Below the pieces are notes generated by a model. The model was not told where the DNA came from, searched no databases, and saw only the letters and a program-made list of their open reading frames with translations. Made by a program: the position numbers and the translations under genes. Shown here piece after piece: positions 61,959 through 64,000 of a stretch of DNA of 64,000 bases. The DNA lies in NCBI RefSeq assembly GCF_963921235.1, contig NC_086120.1, positions 38,812,001 through 38,876,000 of the forward strand. Direction: 5' to 3'. The DNA is from Mobula hypostoma. Lineage: Eukaryota. Position 1 is the stretch's first letter; every line of letters starts with the position of its first letter.

Positions 61959-62040
61959 GGTAGTTGACAGCATTTGAACCTGCGCAGGGAGACCCCAGTG
62001 GATTTCTAGTCCGTCACCTTAACCACTCCCCCATGGCTAC
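61959..62040 (-). pseudogene. tRNA-Ser(AGA) pseudogene
   Basis: GTAGCCATGGGGGAGTGGTTAAGGTGACGGACT-AGA-AATCCACTGGGGTCTCCCTGCGCAGGTTCAAATGCTGTCAACTAC is colinear over 82 nt with vertebrate tRNA-Ser-AGA including the long variable arm; acceptor, D and T stems are disrupted. Confidence 0.85.
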
Positions 62041-62751
62041 TGACCACTAAAGTTTATATACTGAGGGCTATTTAACATTTGAACCTGCTCAGTTAATGGA
62101 ACCTTAGATTAAGGACAATCAGCTCCTGTGGTACTGTTATACAGTACGTGTGACTTTGGAAATTTGTTTACAACTACCTCCCCTGCCCGTTGACCCAGAA
62201 AAACAGGAAGTGATTCTAAAAGAACTTACCAGGAACTTACTAGGAATGACAAAAAAAAAAGTTTTGGCATGGCAGAAGGCATATAAATTACAAACTCATT
62301 AATGTGCAATGAAAAATCAACCTTTTAATGCAAGAAAATGGAGCTGCCACCTTATCAGGTTTCAATGCTCACTGAACATTTGAATGTTTCCAAAACACTC
62401 ATATGGTAATCAACAGAATTACTTCAAAGGTGGTGTGATGAAGAGATATATTGATGTGGTCTGATTTAATTTTTTTTTTAATCCTTTGTTTATTTTCTTG
62501 GTATTTCTTCCTCTTCTCTCTACATGCAGGGCAGAAGTGCAATCTTTAGATTAGTGGAACTCATTGCTTAGGCATTTAGGCTGATGGTTTGACACCAAAA
62601 TTTTATCCAAGACATAAACACACTTCAAGTATGGTTTGGGCCAGATGCCTTATTAATGAGGACATTAACTTGCCATACCTAATGCTCGAAGTAAGCAAAA
62701 AATAAGCATAAAAGATCATCAATGTGCAATGTCAACTTGACACAATAGTCA

Positions 62752-63265
62752 AACACAAGAGATTCTACAGATGCTGAAAATCTTGAGCAACACAAACAAA
62801 ATACTGGATGAACTCAGCAATTCAGGCAGATTCTATGGAGAGGAAATAACAGTCTACATTTCAGGTCAAGACCCTTCATCGGGATTGAAGCCAGAAGGAT
62901 GTTATTAGGAAGACAGGGAAGATAGGTGGGTGGAAGAGGCAGAATGAAGTAGGAAGCTGGAAGATGATAGGTGGAAAAAGTAAAGGTCTGAATAAGAAGG
63001 GAGCTGATAGGAGAGGAGAGTGGACCATGAAGAAAGGGAAGGGGGTGGGGAAGCAGAGGGGAGTGTTGGGCAGCTGAAGATAAGACAAGGAGTGAGAGGG
63101 CAACCAGAATGGTGAATGGATAAAGATAGAAGGAGAGGGGTGGGGAGAGGAGGGAGTAATTTCAGGTAGTTAGAGTAATTGATGTTTTTGTCATCAGATT
63201 GGAGACTACCCATTCAGAATATGATGTTGTTCTTCCAACCTGAGTTTAGCCTCATTGTGGGATTC
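62752..63265 (-). mobile_element. PLE 3' fragment with decayed hammerhead (62850-62887)
   Basis: CAATC-CCGATGA-AGGGTCTTGACCT-GAAAT-GTA-GACTG on - strand, with endonuclease C-terminal remnant and family tail. Confidence 0.7.
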
Positions 63266-64000
63266 AGTTTATCTTCCAGTTCCTATTCTGACATGTCATG
63301 GCCTTTGTTGCCATGACATTGGAATCTGAAACAGCAGAAGACACTGGAAAAGTCAATAGATCAGCATGATCTATAGAAGGAAATGGACAGATACTTTGCG
63401 TTGAGGCCCTTCATCTGGGCTGGATCTGTTAAAGTAATTAATATTTTTCTTTGTCCTTAATGGTATTTACCCATTTACTGTAATAGTTTAAAGTATTTAT
63501 TACTATGATCTAAAAATAATGCCGCCAAACAAATTGAGAATTGTTCATGCAGATGTTCTGGCCTCTAGAGGTGCGGTTCATTTTGTATGAATATCACCTC
63601 CAATACATAAGCTGTTTTTTATGTTATTTCCTATGTGGGTTAGTTTTGATTCAACTTGAAATTCACAGATCTCCATCCACTTTTTATTTTTCCTTGAAAC
63701 AGCAATATCCGAGAGTCTTAAGTTTTTGTGAACATTTAATAGATGTATTTTGAAGGAAGTGTTATGTGTAAGTTCATCACTGTGCCATGAGTTTACTCTT
63801 GTTTACACGGTGCATTTATGGAGTACTGTGTATATGTATAACCTTGGTTAGCACTGGTTGTGAGAATAATCAAGAATATTAGTATATACAAAGTGTGCAC
63901 TGATTCTGTATTGAATTTAAAATGTATCTTACTTAACTTTCTGCAGTATTGCAGTTAAGAAATCTTATTAAAAACCCTGAAGAAAACCTCTATCTTGGGT

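Noticed and set aside
62480-62570. Strong polypyrimidine tract and CAG at ~62527-62529 as a possible exon acceptor
   Set aside because: Downstream frames are short with no recognisable protein and no convincing donor.
418-63753. Most short ORFs in the supplied track
   Set aside because: They overlap repeats, are antisense shadows of TE or FSTL3 coding sequence, span the N gap, or are low-complexity chance ORFs.

Overview
Eukaryotic, repeat-rich vertebrate DNA, most likely a cartilaginous fish (ray/skate; inferred from HE1-like V-SINEs and HER1/CR1-like LINEs). The only host gene I can support is follistatin-like 3 (FSTL3) on the + strand, coding exons 2-5 at 1422-1607, 9763-9981, 12243-12470 and 14571-14644, joined by phase-1 GT-AG introns; the signal-peptide exon is not in the window. 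The rest is a nest of decayed elements: CR1, Rex1/Babar, R4/Dong and HERO LINEs, RTE-related SINEs, Penelope-like elements (PLEs), V-SINEs, Tc1/pogo and hAT MITEs, solo LTRs and a tRNA-Ser pseudogene. Highlights: (1) a 2.2-kb Gypsy LTR element (41490-43666, - strand) whose pol region is replaced by an intronless 127-codon fragment of the host splicing factor RBM25, joined one nucleotide out of frame to gag across an A-AAA-AAG heptamer; (2) about a dozen PLE minimal hammerhead ribozyme motifs, several in fold-back insertions and one in sense orientation downstream of the FSTL3 stop codon; (3) this FSTL3 keeps follistatin-like features (basic hairpin, W-terminated tail) that mammalian FSTL3 lacks. 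Family assignments are from recalled protein and RNA motifs, not database searches, and repeat boundaries are approximate unless a TSD is given.
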